From: Glaucostegus cemiculus
Lineage: Eukaryota
Assembly (NCBI GenBank): GCA_976551045.1
Contig: CDPCPM010000037.1
Span: 29,822,001 to 29,886,000, forward strand
Direction: 5' to 3'
DNA: 64,000 bases
Part shown: one piece after another, positions 11,293 to 23,339 of the stretch
Numbering within the stretch: the first letter of the stretch is position 1
How the letters are laid out: the number at the start of each line of letters is the position of its first letter
Translations under genes and position numbers: made by a program
The notes under the pieces: generated by a model
What the model was told of the DNA's origin: nothing
What the model saw: only the letters and a program-made list of their open reading frames with translations
Databases searched by the model: none

Positions 11293-13652
11293 ATTCTCAA
11301 TAGCTTTATTTAACTGGCATCACTGGTCTGCATCATGGGGAACTAACGTCTGACCTTCTAAAATTGCTGAACATTTTGATTTGACCAGTTGCTTGTTGCT
11401 TCCATTCAGAGCAGGAGTCTCAGAATCGGGAGACACCAGAATCACACTTACACCAGACCAGAAGGTTGACAGGTTTCTTTCAATAAAAAAGCTAATAAAC
11501 CTGTTGAGTTCTTTTTACAATTTGGCAGCTTCGTGGCCAATTTTAATCAGTGACAATTTTTTTTTGTACTTGAAAAACTAAAACTGAACTCTAATCTTCA
11601 AACAATTATAATGGAATTTGAACAAAAGACAGGAAAAGCCGGAAACACTCAGCAGGTCAGGCAGCATCTGTGGAAAGTGAAACAGAGCTAATATTTAGGT
11701 CAAAGACCCTCCAGAATTGTGGGACCTGAATTCAAGTTCTCTGGGTTACTGGTCCGGTAACAAATCACCACATGACCCTGCCTTGATTATCAGAAGTTAG
11801 TTGGTTATTGAATCTTTAAATGGAAGATTGGGGTTAAGATAATTTGCAATCACTGAAAAATTGACTGGTTAAGGATTCTGTTGCATTGGTAAAGCAAGGT
11901 GAAAGCACAAACATACAGCTCAACTTTCCACAGACTAACTCTCTATGTATCATTTGGGGATGCAATTATTTCCCCTTCCTTTGTTTTGCAACCTTTCACA
12001 GCAAGACAGAATGACACCAAAACTCAGAAAGAAGCGTCAAGCAGTCTCCCAAAATATATCGACAATCATAACACGTCAATTCATCTGATCCACTTCCTTT
12101 GGAGTAAATAACTCCCTTCAGTAAGAACTTTAACGTCAGGTCTATGCAGATCCCCACTCTAGACAAAGCTCTGGAAGACTTCATTGACTTAATGCCACTA
12201 ATGGTACAGAGATAATTGGCCATGGTCAACAAGAGGCAATGGTGACTAGGTGGACACTTCGGTGGTGAAGGTGAGGGGACCAATGAAAACAGTGAACCCA
12301 GGATTAAAAAGGTCATTAAGAAGGCAGTTGGTATTAGTTCAGATTCCCGTGTGGGCAAGGATGTTGTAGGTTAGAAAGAGAGACTACCATCCGCTTGGAT
12401 GAGCAATTGATAGGCTCCTTCAAATGGAATTCATTGGAAAAAAAGAACATCATTGCTTTAACTTTAGAACATGGTTCTAAAACCAACAAACAGACATTAG
12501 ATAAGCTGACTTTATCGGGAGGGACTTGGCATATGCACTGGGGCCAGATCTAGCAAAGAAGTCAGGTGCAGATAATATGACTGATGGAGATAGTTCCAGT
12601 GAGGATCCTATTGCCTTAAATGTTCTGATATTAGTGAGGCAAATAATGCAGCTCCAAGGGTGAGAACAATCCAGTGGACAACATTGATAGTGCTGCATTT
12701 GAAGAAGGTATCAGGGGAGATAGTATTTCTATTTTCCAATTGTTGAATGAAGCTAGTATATTACCTGATAAGAACCCTATGTGTAGTAAAAGCAAATTTG
12801 GCAGTTTGACGGACAAGACTGTTCACCTACTTGCCAAGAGGCATGTGAAGCCTAACAAAGAGGTAATACCTAATATGACTTCAAAGTGTGAAGACAGATA
12901 AAAGAAGGGAGCTCTTCAATTCCAGGGCCATAGAGAGATATGTAAGGAGCAAGGTGGGAGTTTATGAAGGTTCAGGAATTGTATAAAAAGAATAGGACCT
13001 CTCTGGACTAGGATATTACAAGTGCAGGTGAGAGAGACCAGGAATGCAGGAGGTATGCAAAAAGAACTTCTTGATCTGGTGAGAAAAATCCAGAGTACTC
13101 TGTAAACTTATCAACAATTCTTTACAAAACTGGCTAGACAAAGGCAATTATATCCATTTAATCCTGAAGCACTTCCCCAGTGAAATAGATTCAAGCAGAA
13201 AATGGTCGAGCAACTTGAGTTCCAACCCTAGTCAGGGTAAGTTAAACCCACATAGCGGACTATTGCGGGCTGGAATAGGCAGGTGTGGTAGAAGGTTCAC
13301 TACTTCCCCATTGGCACGTGAGCATTTCAATTTGCCTGAATGCATTCAGAAAGCAAAGCAAGCACTGGGGTTCTACTAGCCAATGTAACTGAGGCTTAGT
13401 TAGGAAGGAAAGCAAATGGCCAAGCTCATTTACACATTCCTAAAAAAGGCGAGCTAAGCAGAGACAAGTAAGAGAAGGTCCCAAATGACGTGTCCTTGTC
13501 GGAGCATGGAACAACTTTTATTTGAAAAGAGCTACGCTCAGAACAAAAAGGCCAGCTAAAATGAAAACCTTGTGCGGTGAGGTGCACAGTTTGTCCAAAG
13601 TTATTGTTGACGTCATCTGACTGACCCGAAACGCCCGGTTTCCTGAAGTGGT

Positions 13653-13902
13653 TTAGTAGTTGAATTGGCGTCGGGGTGGCTGGTACACAAAGTTGCCTTG
13701 GTGTTTGGTCCGGTGGGAACGACACTCCCTTGCAAGGTTCTGCCTCTGAATTCTGTTGCGGCTCAGCTGGCGTTTTTCAACCCGTTGTTTCGCCCGTTGG
13801 ATACGGCGGACCTGGTTTGCCTTTTCCAAGATGCCAGTTCGTCCTAACACTGCTGCAGGAGCTGGGGGTGCCCACCGTTCTACCCTGGCCTGAGCCGTGT
13901 TT
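13653..13902 (-). CDS. TP53INP2: TP53INP2 last coding exon: NTAQARVERW...LEKANQVRRIQRAKQRVEKRQLSRNRIQRQNLARE...FVYQPPRRQFNY*
   Basis: Acceptor ctcttgctctctttgtag| (AG 13904-13903) fits the phase-2 donor. Basic C-terminus ending RQFNY* resembles TP53INP2 (LEKAGQVRRLQRA...QRQFNY). Total CDS 118+331+250 = 699 nt = 232 aa + stop. Confidence 0.93.
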
Positions 13903-14061
13903 CTACAAAGAGAGCAAGAGAGCAGGTTTCACATTTTGTCTGCAATCATAGAGTTTTCTAACAGAGAGACAGGATTCAGCCCATTACATCCACACCATTG
14001 TTTCTCTGGTAATGTGCCATATGCACATTGTAAATCTGAGCTATCCCTCTGACTGTACAGG

Positions 14062-14390
14062 AACACAGAACATAGAAAAACCACAGCACAATTCAGGCCC
14101 TTTGGCCCACAAAACTGTGCTGAACTTGTCCCTACACTAGAAATTACTGGGCATTCCCATAGCCCTCTATTTTACTTAGCTCCATGTACCTATCTAACAG
14201 TCTCTTGAAAGACCCTATCGTATCCGCCTCCACCACTGCTTCTGGCAGCCCATTCCACGCACTCACCACCCTCTGAGTAAAATACTTTCCCCTGACATCT
14301 CCTCTATATCTACTCCCCAGCACCTTAAACCTATGTCCTCTTGTGACCACCATTTCAGCCCTAGGGAAAAGCCTCTGACTATCTATCCGA
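14062..14390 (-). mobile_element. Young CR1 (HER1-like) LINE 3' fragment
   Basis: ORF 14144-14353 TRGHRFKVLGSRYRGDVRGKYFTQRVVSAWNGLP is the CR1 ORF2 C-terminus. Confidence 0.88.
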
Positions 14391-14614
14391 TAGGAAGCAT
14401 AATAAAAACTTTTTTTTTCATGTTTTCTCTATTTCCTTATGACACAGAAGGAATTTATTCAGCATATCAAGTCTATAGTAGCCCACAGAGCAATCTCATT
14501 CCCCTACTAATTTTCCTTATAGCCTATTCACACATTTTCATCAATTCTACCATCAACACTAATACACTAGAGGCAAATTATGGTGGCCAATTAATCTACC
14601 AAACCTCACACCTG

Positions 14615-14880
14615 CAGGCATGGTAGTGTAGCAGTTAGCGTAACGCTATTACAGTGCCAGCGACCCGGGTTCGATCCCATCTGCTGTCTGTATGGAGTTT
14701 GTACTTTCTCCCCATGTCTGCTTGGGTTTCCTCCCACGTTCCAAAGACATATGGGTTTGGAAGTTGTGGGCATGCTACGTTGGCGCTGGAAGCGTGGCGA
14801 CACTTGTGGCCTGCCCCCAGAACACTCTGCAAAAGAAGCATTTTGTGGTGTGTTTTGATGTACAATAAAGATACCTTATC
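14615..14880 (+). mobile_element. V-SINE type B (non-CR1 tail) inserted into an older minus-strand V-SINE (about 14420-15020)
   Basis: tRNA head and V-domain, then ggaagttgtgggcatgct...gcccccagaacact...aataaagata. The flanks are the two halves of an older SINE. Confidence 0.8.
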
Positions 14881-15433
14881 TCTGGAATATGGGAGGATAA
14901 CAGGGAACCCGGAGGGAAACACTTACAGTCACTGGAAGAACATGCAAACCCCACACAGACAGGCACTGGAAGCCAGTATTGAACCTGGGGCCACTGGAGC
15001 CATGAGGCAGCCGTGTCACTTGAGGCTGAAGTCACCAGAGCAAAAGGCATGAGAGAATTCAAATCCTACCACTCAAGAGATTCTCGTCTATAAAGCCGCT
15101 GGACTGGCGTTTAGTGACACCCTCTGGTTCTCTCACACTTGTCAGCAAAGGAAGGAAATTTGCATCTTTACCCAGCCTACATATCTCTAGAGTCAGAGCA
15201 AGGTGATTCACACTGAAATGCCCTACACTTTAACATAGGCAGCAAAAGCCAAACTTGCTGCCAATTCCCACATCCACTGAAGGAATGAAAACTAAATGCT
15301 CATCCCCTAATATACAGAAAAATTGATTACTTTTAAATATTTTAAAACTTCAAGTTTCAAAGAAAGAATTTCTGATGAAAATGATACTTTTCCATCATTA
15401 ATGTTAATCTCTTCTAGTGGAAACAACCCTTCA

Positions 15434-15821
15434 AGACAGAGAGACAGAGAGACAAGAGAGACAAGAGAGACAAGAGAGACAAGAGAGACAGAGAGACAAG
15501 AGAGACAAGAGAGACAAGAGAGACAAGAGAGACAAGAGAGACAAGAGAGACAAGAGAGACAAGAGAGACAAGAGAGACAAGAGAGACAAGAGAGACAAGA
15601 GAGACAGAGAGACAAGAGAGACAAGAGAGACAAGAGAGGCAAGAGAGACAAGAGAGACAAGAGAGACAAGAGAGACAGAGTGACAAGAGAGTGACAGAGA
15701 CAGAGAGAGAGAGAGTGACAGAGACAGAGAGACAGAGTGACAGAGACAGAGAGACAGAGTGACAGAGACAGAGAGAGAGAGTGACAGAGACAGAGAGAGA
15801 GAGTGACAGAGAGAGACAGAG
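15434..15821. repeat. Compound micro/minisatellite: (GAGAGACAA)n changing to (GAGACA/GAGTGACA)n
   Basis: Tandem 9-mer array seen directly; it explains the low-complexity ORFs 15307-15950. Confidence 0.97.
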
Positions 15822-16433
15822 ATCTACTACAAGGTCTCCCATCCACACAACCTTACCAGCTCTAAAATGGGGAGTAGGTGGCTGCCACAACCTCTGACAA
15901 ATGCAACCTTTATCCTTGGTAGCTTCCATGTGAATCCAAATAATTTTCACCTCTTCCTTTCTAAGTGTGAGGGCTATACGTCAAATACATTTGCATTTCC
16001 TTTAAGAGCAACTCCAATTTCTTTGGGTTTTAGTTGTCTTCTGGCAGGGTTACCAGAGGGAGTGGGGGAGGGATGGATGGAACAGATCCAAGGAAACTCC
16101 CAGCTACAGACACTGCTGGCAGTTAACATCACTTCATTTAGAATACAATATATGTTTTCAAAAGTGACTGCCAAATAGCACATACTATAAAAAAACTGAA
16201 TAGGAACATCTATTAAAAACTATTTCCCTCTGATAAATAAAGGATGACAACTAATAGATGTGAATTTATTCAAAACACATCCAGAACATTGTAGGTAGGA
16301 CATAAGGTATTTATGCATGAATTCTATGATAGTTGTGGAGGGGATTAGTGACATTATAAGCATATACTTTTAGAAAAGTACAGTTCAGTTTACTTAAGGT
16401 GGCTAATGTTCCCAAGGCCAACAGCTGGAATGT

Positions 16434-16920
16434 AGGGCAGCACAGCAAGTAAAGCTGCCATTTCACAGCTCCAGCGACCGAGGTTCAATCCTGACCTCCC
16501 AGTGCTGTCTGTGTGGAGTTTGCACATTCTCCCTGTGACAGCATGGGATTCCTCCGGATACTCTGGTTTCCTGCCACACGTGCAGAGGGTTAAGAGGGGA
16601 CATGATTGAGGTATATAAAATAATGAGGTATGTACATAGTGTAAACTGCAGGAAACTTCTCCCCAGATCAGAGACAGATAAAACAGAGAGAACATAGAGC
16701 CCATTTCCTTGCTGTGCGATTCTATGCCAAAGATGTGCAGGTCGGTAGATTAATTGGTCGCTGTAAATTGCCCCAAGTGGAGATAGGTGGTAGATTCTGG
16801 GGGGAATTGATGGAAACGCGGGAAGGATGGACTATAGGGAAAATTAGCGGGGAAATGGAATTGCTCTGTGAGCCAGCACAGAGACCTAATGGGCCAAATG
16901 GCCTTCTTCACTGTTGTAAG
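16434..16920 (+). mobile_element. Older V-SINE interrupted by a short CR1 fragment (about 16580-16720)
   Basis: B box ggttcaatcc and V-domain; SINE resumes at ccaaagatgtgcaggtcggtagattaattgg. Confidence 0.7.
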
Positions 16921-18380
16921 GAAAATGGAAATATTCTTTGAAAGTGTTGGCAGTGGTCCAAAGCAAATGCAGCAAAGAATTGAAGATAAAAGGAGGGAAA
17001 CACTGCCTTACAGCAACATTTCCATAGATGTGGCTCGATCAAACAGGCGAGAGGAAGACTGTGGCAGATGGAAATTAGACCGTGCACAAACATAACCCAG
17101 CTAATAAACTGCGTAGTTCTATCACAACAGTGATATAAACCACAGGCCAGAAATTATACGGATAGTGTGGTTTATACACTAACTTTCTTTAAACCATCCT
17201 TTCCATTCTTTGACTTTGAGGTTTTATACATCTAAAGTTACATCTTTCGCAGTTTTCATTAAACTAAACAAAAAGAACAAATCAATAAAAAAAGAACTCT
17301 GAAGAGTACATAGGTCAACTGAGTAAACTTATACATTTAGTTCCAACTAAGCTTACAATCACCAACCCACGTTTATATAGTGTCTGTAAGCAAAACATAA
17401 AACAAAAGCTGACACCACACCAAATGAGATTCCAAGGCAGATTAACAAAGAGCTAGAGTGAGGAATGTGGTAAAAGGGGCAGGAGATGCTTTGGGAGGAA
17501 TTCCAGAGTTTCGAACCTTGGCAGCTGGTGGTGAGGTGGTGGACTGACACAAATCACAAACGAAAACTGGAGCTGCTGGCAACACTCAAGCTAACCTACT
17601 GAGCACTTCCACCGTTTTCTGCTTGATTTCAGATTCTCAGAAGTCTGCTTCTCTTTTGTTTCGATTTTCACTGACTAAGTTCAGGTCGATTGAGAGGCCA
17701 GAATTGGAGGAGTGCAGAGAGCTTGGAGGAGGGTTGCTGGGCTGCGGAGATTGCAGAGAGAGGGAGACCTTGGAAGGATCCATAAACAAGGAGGAAGGTT
17801 TATCAGCCAGCTGCTGTAGGTGAGTGAGCAGAGTTCCGAGTCAGAACAAAAACAGCAGAGTTCTGGTTGACCCTGTCTTGCGGAGGCGGGATTGAGCAGG
17901 GAACAGCTGGGATCGCATTGGAATAGTCAAGTCTACAAGATAACAAGGGCATTGTTGCAAAACCTTTGCAATTTAATTGGGAGAAACTACAGTAAAAACT
18001 TCAATGTGTTGTCTTGGCATCTGGCTCACTCATTAGTCCAGAGCGTTTGACAGGCTCAAACTCACTGGGTTCTAGTTCCCATTCCTTTTTAGCCCACAGA
18101 ACTCAATTCCCTGCTCCCTTTAAACTCACCCAATTCACAGGAAAAGATTATACAACGTGTACAAAAAAAAAGGAAAATAAAAGTGCGTTATGTGGCAATA
18201 ACATCCAATAGTCTGGAAAATCTGTTCATCAGGCTGTGCCGGATTATTGGAGGGTTCCATTGTGTTTAAATGATATTGAAAGGGGGCATTCAGTTATTGC
18301 AGGAGGAGAAGAAAGGTGCTTCCAATCACACTGACCCCCTCCCTCCACACTCTCGCAGTCAGACCCCAGAGCGTTCTTAC

Positions 18381-18711
18381 CCATTGCCGACCTCCTCGCT
18401 GGCATCCTCCAGGGTGCTGATGTTGGTGTTGCTGTCAGCATAAACAGACATGCTCGGGTGCTCAATGAGCAGGTTTTCCAAGGGGCTGCTCTCCACCTGG
18501 ATTTCATCCTGGCCTTCTGCAGTAAAACAGGGGGGAGGGGTGACAAACCAACTCTCTTCCAACGTGCAGGGCGAAGACTGCGGAGGACTGGAGTCACTGC
18601 CACAGCGACAAAGAGACTCAAGCGAAGAAGGGGCCGGTGGAGGGGTGTCGTCGGGCACGGTGGCGTTAACCTTCACCTCCACTTCTTCACTTGAGGGGGT
18701 ATTGCAATCAT
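18381..18711 (-). CDS. TP53INP2: TP53INP2 second coding exon: DDCNTPSSEEV...LEESWFVTPPPCFTAEG...SSPLENLLIEHPSMSVY...EEVGNG
   Basis: Contains the DOR/TP53INP signatures ESWFVTPPxCFTA and LENLLIEHPSMSVY. Acceptor aatttag| (AG 18713-18712) gives phase 1 (G+AT = Asp); donor GG|GTAAGA gives phase 2; 331 nt. Confidence 0.93.
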
Positions 18712-19794
18712 CTAAATTGGCAATGTGCAGGTGCGGGCAGGAGGGACATCCAGTGGTGTGAACGGTGGCCGTAACAGTTTATGCGAGACAATCAAAAGAA
18801 TCGGGTTGAAAGGGAAAAGGTGGGGGGGTGGGTGGGGGGGATAAAAAAAACAAAAAACAAAAGAGACTGATTAGTCATTTTTTCAGAATGACAGATCCAG
18901 CATTTCTTTCAAAAAAAAAGTTATAGGTCCATCAAGAGCAAACTGCTTAAGAACAATTTGCTCTAAAGAACAAATTCCCTTTTGTACCGAGACTGCATTT
19001 CCCTTCCCACGGGTCCGATGAGAGGGAATGAGTTATGCGTTATTTTCGGAGCAAGGGTCATGAGGAGAGAGGAGACATGTCTCTATACTAGGCAGAGAAC
19101 AGGGCTGAACTCTGTGGAACATCAGTCTGGATGTGCATGCATTATCAAGGGTGACCTTCACCCTACCTTCCCACCAGGTTCAGTGAGTCTCACCTTCTTA
19201 AAAATTTACAACGGCGTTACAACAAGCAAAAAATGTTCATTCTCCTTTCTGGTGGAGTGGTTTCATCTCTAGTTTAAAAATCTCAAGTTTCATCAACATT
19301 TTTTTCTCTTTCCACATCAATGCAAAATTAGAAATCAAAGGGTTTGGGTAAAATTCCCCCAAAGAGTGTTTCTCCACGATTAATGTGTGGCGCTCTCTGA
19401 AGTAGGACACTTCAAAGCCCCAGTCGTTGCAGAGTTGTTAACTGCTAAAGGTAATTGTGTGGGGGTCAGAGTTAATACCTATTACGTACAAATGTCAAGA
19501 GGAAATTCAGACCAAGCTGTAAAGCAAATTTCAAACCGATCAAGTTCAGTAATGCAACTTCTACATTTACAAGTGACCATTCAGCCTACGGTCTAAATGG
19601 CCATTCAGAAGGTCTCCCTCTCGCTGGCCAGAGGATGATGTAATTTCCCCAGTGTGGTTGCTCTAACATCATTCCAGGGTATGTGTGCAACTTAGAAACA
19701 AATCATACAACGTCCTCAATGAGGGATGGAAACACATGGACCCACCCTTCACTTCGCTCTGGTTGCTTGGGCACATTCTAGAGTACGACAGATC

Positions 19795-20400
19795 TCAGTT
19801 CAGTTTCAGTTTTATTGTCACTACCATATACACATACAGTATGCATAGAAGCGAAATACTGTACTCCACAGGTCAAGGTGCTCGATACATTAAAAAAAAG
19901 AGAAACAGACACTGAGAAACACAAAGACAGAGAGACACTAAAAACATTAGAACCACAAAATTAAATTATACAACTTAAATAAATAATCTTAAAGTGAGTG
20001 TACTGGCAGCGGACATTTAAAGTGCTGGTGCGTTTCTGTACGCCTAGCATCCTTTAGTGTTGGCGGGAGTGATGGAGGGATGAGGGAGTTCACAGTTCTG
20101 ATAGCTTGTGGGAAGAAGCTATTGCACAGTCTGGTTGTCCTTGCCCGGATGCACTGGAGCCTTCTTCCAGACGGCAAGAGTGTGAAGAGACGGTAGGAGG
20201 GATGAGAAGGGTCCGACATTATATTTGTAGCCTTCCTAACACATCGATCCTTATATATATCTGCAATAGAGGGTAGAGAGACACCTATGATCTTCTCCAC
20301 CGCTCTCACTATTCTCTGGAGGGACTTCCGACCAGCAGCTGAGCAGCTCCCAAACCAGATAGTGATGCAGTGTGTTAGGATGCTCTCAACGGTCCCTCTA
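19795..20400 (-). mobile_element. Rex1/Babar-type LINE 3' fragment
   Basis: ORF 19989-20309 ..DPSHPSYRLFTLLPSGRRLQCIRARTTRLCNSFFPQAIR is the Rex/Babar C-terminus; short tandem-repeat tail. Confidence 0.85.
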
Positions 20401-21204
20401 TATCTCCGGTCCCTCTATATCTCCAGCAAGTTCTGCATTAATTGGCCTCCTCAGATGCCACTGAGAATGTGCTGGTGGGCTGCTATGTAGAGCTCCCATG
20501 GTCGTAGCCTGAACTGAGCTGGGAAGTGAAACTATCTCAAAGGAAGCGCAAGAGGGAGAGGTCAATGAACCCAAAAAGATTAAAAGTAAATATGTGTTTA
20601 AAAACCAGCAAGGTTACTGTGATATCCTGCACTGCTGATATTTAACTGCCACACACACGTGACATTTCTTCTTGGCTCATTCATCTTCACATATAATATA
20701 ATCAGCTCTTTTAATCCTTTTACTATCTAGACCAGATGACCTTGATATGAATATAGGGCAAGATTAACGAACATTATATCGGATTATTGTGTGAGCTATT
20801 TTACGACCAATGAACAGCAGTTCATTTTTGTGGGGGTTTTATTTGAAGTAAAGTGCTTCCTATGCTGCTTTAATTTTTTGCAATTAAGTTCATCTGGAAA
20901 TGTTGCTAAGCATTTATTAAATTAGTTAACCCACGAGTGACCATCAGATGAAGGACAAATCTCAATCTTACTTTGTGTGTGTCCATTTGGAGACCGTTTG
21001 TTGGGCTGCTAGCCATATCCTTTGTTGGTTCCTGCACCCCCAAAGATCTCCAATCCCTGAGCAGAGTCTTAACAGCAGGACCTTTATTCTGAGTAAGTAC
21101 GTTTACAAATCAAATGTTTTAGAGCGGCAGCTGTAATAGAACTGGAGACTGTGATAGGGGTGAGAAGGAACAGATAGGGACAAGCACTAAACAGAGAGAA
21201 GACA

Positions 21205-22385
21205 GACTTGCATTTCTATAGTTCCTCCTGAAAACTTAGGATGTCCCAAAACTCTTTACAAATACAACTGCGTCCAGTGAAGTAGTTTTAAGAACATAGA
21301 ATATTACAGCACAGTACAGGCCCTTCAGCCCACAATGTTGTACCGATATCTTATCCTGCTCTAAGATCTATCTAACCCTTCCCTCCCATGTAGCCCCCTA
21401 TGTTTCTATCATTCATGTGTCTACCTAAGAGTCCCTTAAATGTCCCTAGTGTATCTGCCCCCACAACCTCTGCCGGCAATGCGTTCCACACACCCACCAT
21501 TCTCTGTGTAAAAAACTTACCCCTGACATCCGCCTTATACCTTCCTCCAATCACCTTAAAATTATGCCCCCTTGTGTTAGCCATTGTCGTCCTGGGAAAG
21601 TCTCTGACTGTCCATTCGATTTATGCCTCTTATCATCTTGTCCACCTCTATCAATTCTCCTTTCGTCCTCCTTCTCTCCAAAGAGAAAAGCCCTAGCTCG
21701 CTCAGCCTATGCTCATGAGACATGCTCTTCAATCCAGGCAACATCCTGGTAAATCTCCTTGGCACCCTCTCTAAAGCTTCCACATCCTTTCTATAATGAG
21801 GCGACCAGAACTCATGATGTATAAAGTAGACAAAGGCCAATTTGTCCACAGCACACTTCCACAACCAGGAACATGGTAACCGCCCACTTTGGTGAGGTGT
21901 CACTTGGTGGGTAGAGTACAGCCCAGGGCACTGGAGGGTCTGAGGAAGAACTTCATCACCCCAAGGGTGATGGAATCTGTAACCCACTGCCTGTGTGGGT
22001 GGCAGAGACAGGTACTCACAGAAGTATTTATAAAGTATGTAGACGAGGACTTGAATTACCCAGGCACAGAAGGCTACAGACCAAGTGCTGGTAAATGGGA
22101 TTAGTACAGGTAGATACACAATGGTCAGCATGGACATGACGGGCAGAAGGGTCTGCTTCTGTGCTGTATGACTATGACTGGAAAACTATGCTTGAAGACT
22201 GTCATGGAATCTTTAAGGGCTTTGGTCTGACCCATTACAATGATAAATGGATGGTACTGGACACATTAGAAGTGTCACCCAAGACTTGTGTTTAAGTCTC
22301 TGGAGTGGGACTGGAACTATTTCACCCTTCCCAACCCCCCCCCCCCCCTCTAATTTTATAACTTAGCATCAAGAGTGCTATTAAT
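21205..22385 (-). mobile_element. Fragmented DeuSINE (SacSINE1-like), split by CR1 insertions
   Basis: Tail gacttgcatttctatag...gatgtcccaaaactctttaca at 21205-21290 and head-like sequence at 22280-22385. Confidence 0.45.
21290..21812 (-). mobile_element. CR1 LINE 3' fragment
   Basis: ORFs 21372-21584 and 21577-22137 contain FWSPHYRKDVEALERV and TRGHNFKV...WNALP. Confidence 0.88.
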
Positions 22386-22394
22386 AAATTCATA

Positions 22395-22820
22395 AATTGG
22401 TTTATTATTGTCACAAGTACCAAGGTACAGTGAAAAACTTCCTTTTGCATGCCATCCATACAAATCATTTCATCACATCAGTGCATTGAGGTAGTACCAG
22501 GGAAAAACAACAACAGAATGCAGAATAAAGTGTTACAGTAACAGAGAAAGTGCAGTGCAGGCAGACAATAAGGTACAAGGTCATGATGAGGTAGATTGTG
22601 AGGTCAAGAGTCCATCTTATCATACAAGAGGTCTGTTCAATAGTCTTATAACAGTGGGATAGAAGCTGTCCTTGAGCCTGGTGGTACGTGCTTTCGGGCA
22701 CTTGTACCTTTTGCCCAGTGAGAGGGGGGCGAAGAGAGAATGCCTGGGCTGGGTGGGGTCTTCGATTATGCTGGCTGCTTTACCAAGGCAGTGAGAAGTG
22801 CAGACAGAGTCCGTGGAGGG
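22395..22820 (-). mobile_element. Rex/Babar-type LINE 3' fragment (ttttcactgtacc...aataataaaccaat tail family)
   Basis: Same 3' UTR and tail as 58003-58577, 25985-26340, 37775-38000 and 55655-55930. Confidence 0.8.
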
Positions 22821-23077
22821 GACACTAAAGCAGCAAGAACTGGCAGCAAAGTAAGTAGAGTGGGATGAAATCTCTAAGCTGATAGAAGTTCACTGACATG
22901 AAATGTTGAGGGGAGTAAAAGATTCCAGTTGAACCCACAGGAAATACTACTCCAATGAATATCTAATACAGAGAAAACTTCCAAAATTGGAGACCACAGA
23001 TTCTAATCCCTCTAGTTCAACCAATACCCTAGGAAACTGGAAACCAGTGTTTAGTACAAGAAAGTAGCAAGCAACAA

Positions 23078-23290
23078 GGGTCGGTATGGTAGTGTAACAG
23101 TTAGTGTAACACTATTACAGCACCAGCGATCAGGGTTCGATTCCCATGGCTGTCGGTAAGGAGTTTGTACATGCTCCCCATGACTGTGTGGGTTTCTTCC
23201 CACATTCCAAAGACATTCTGGTTAGTAGGTTAATATGGATTTAATTGGGCCAGAAGGGCCTGTTACTGTGCTGTGTAAATAAATACATTT
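23078..23290 (+). mobile_element. V-SINE type A, diverged
   Basis: tRNA head, V-domain and gggccagaagggcctgtt tail. Confidence 0.75.
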
Positions 23291-23339
23291 TAAAAACCCC
23301 GAGCAACCAGAGAAAGTTGCAGAGGCTTCGAGTGAAAAT

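Noticed and set aside
15307-15950. Longest ORFs in the track (179, 178, 123 aa; SCL/RQE/RDK repeats)
   Set aside because: Stop-free translations of the 9-mer satellite.
18712-18778. In-frame open extension upstream of coding exon 2
   Set aside because: There is no AG acceptor in it and a stop at 18781-18779; the phase-correct acceptor is at 18713-18712.
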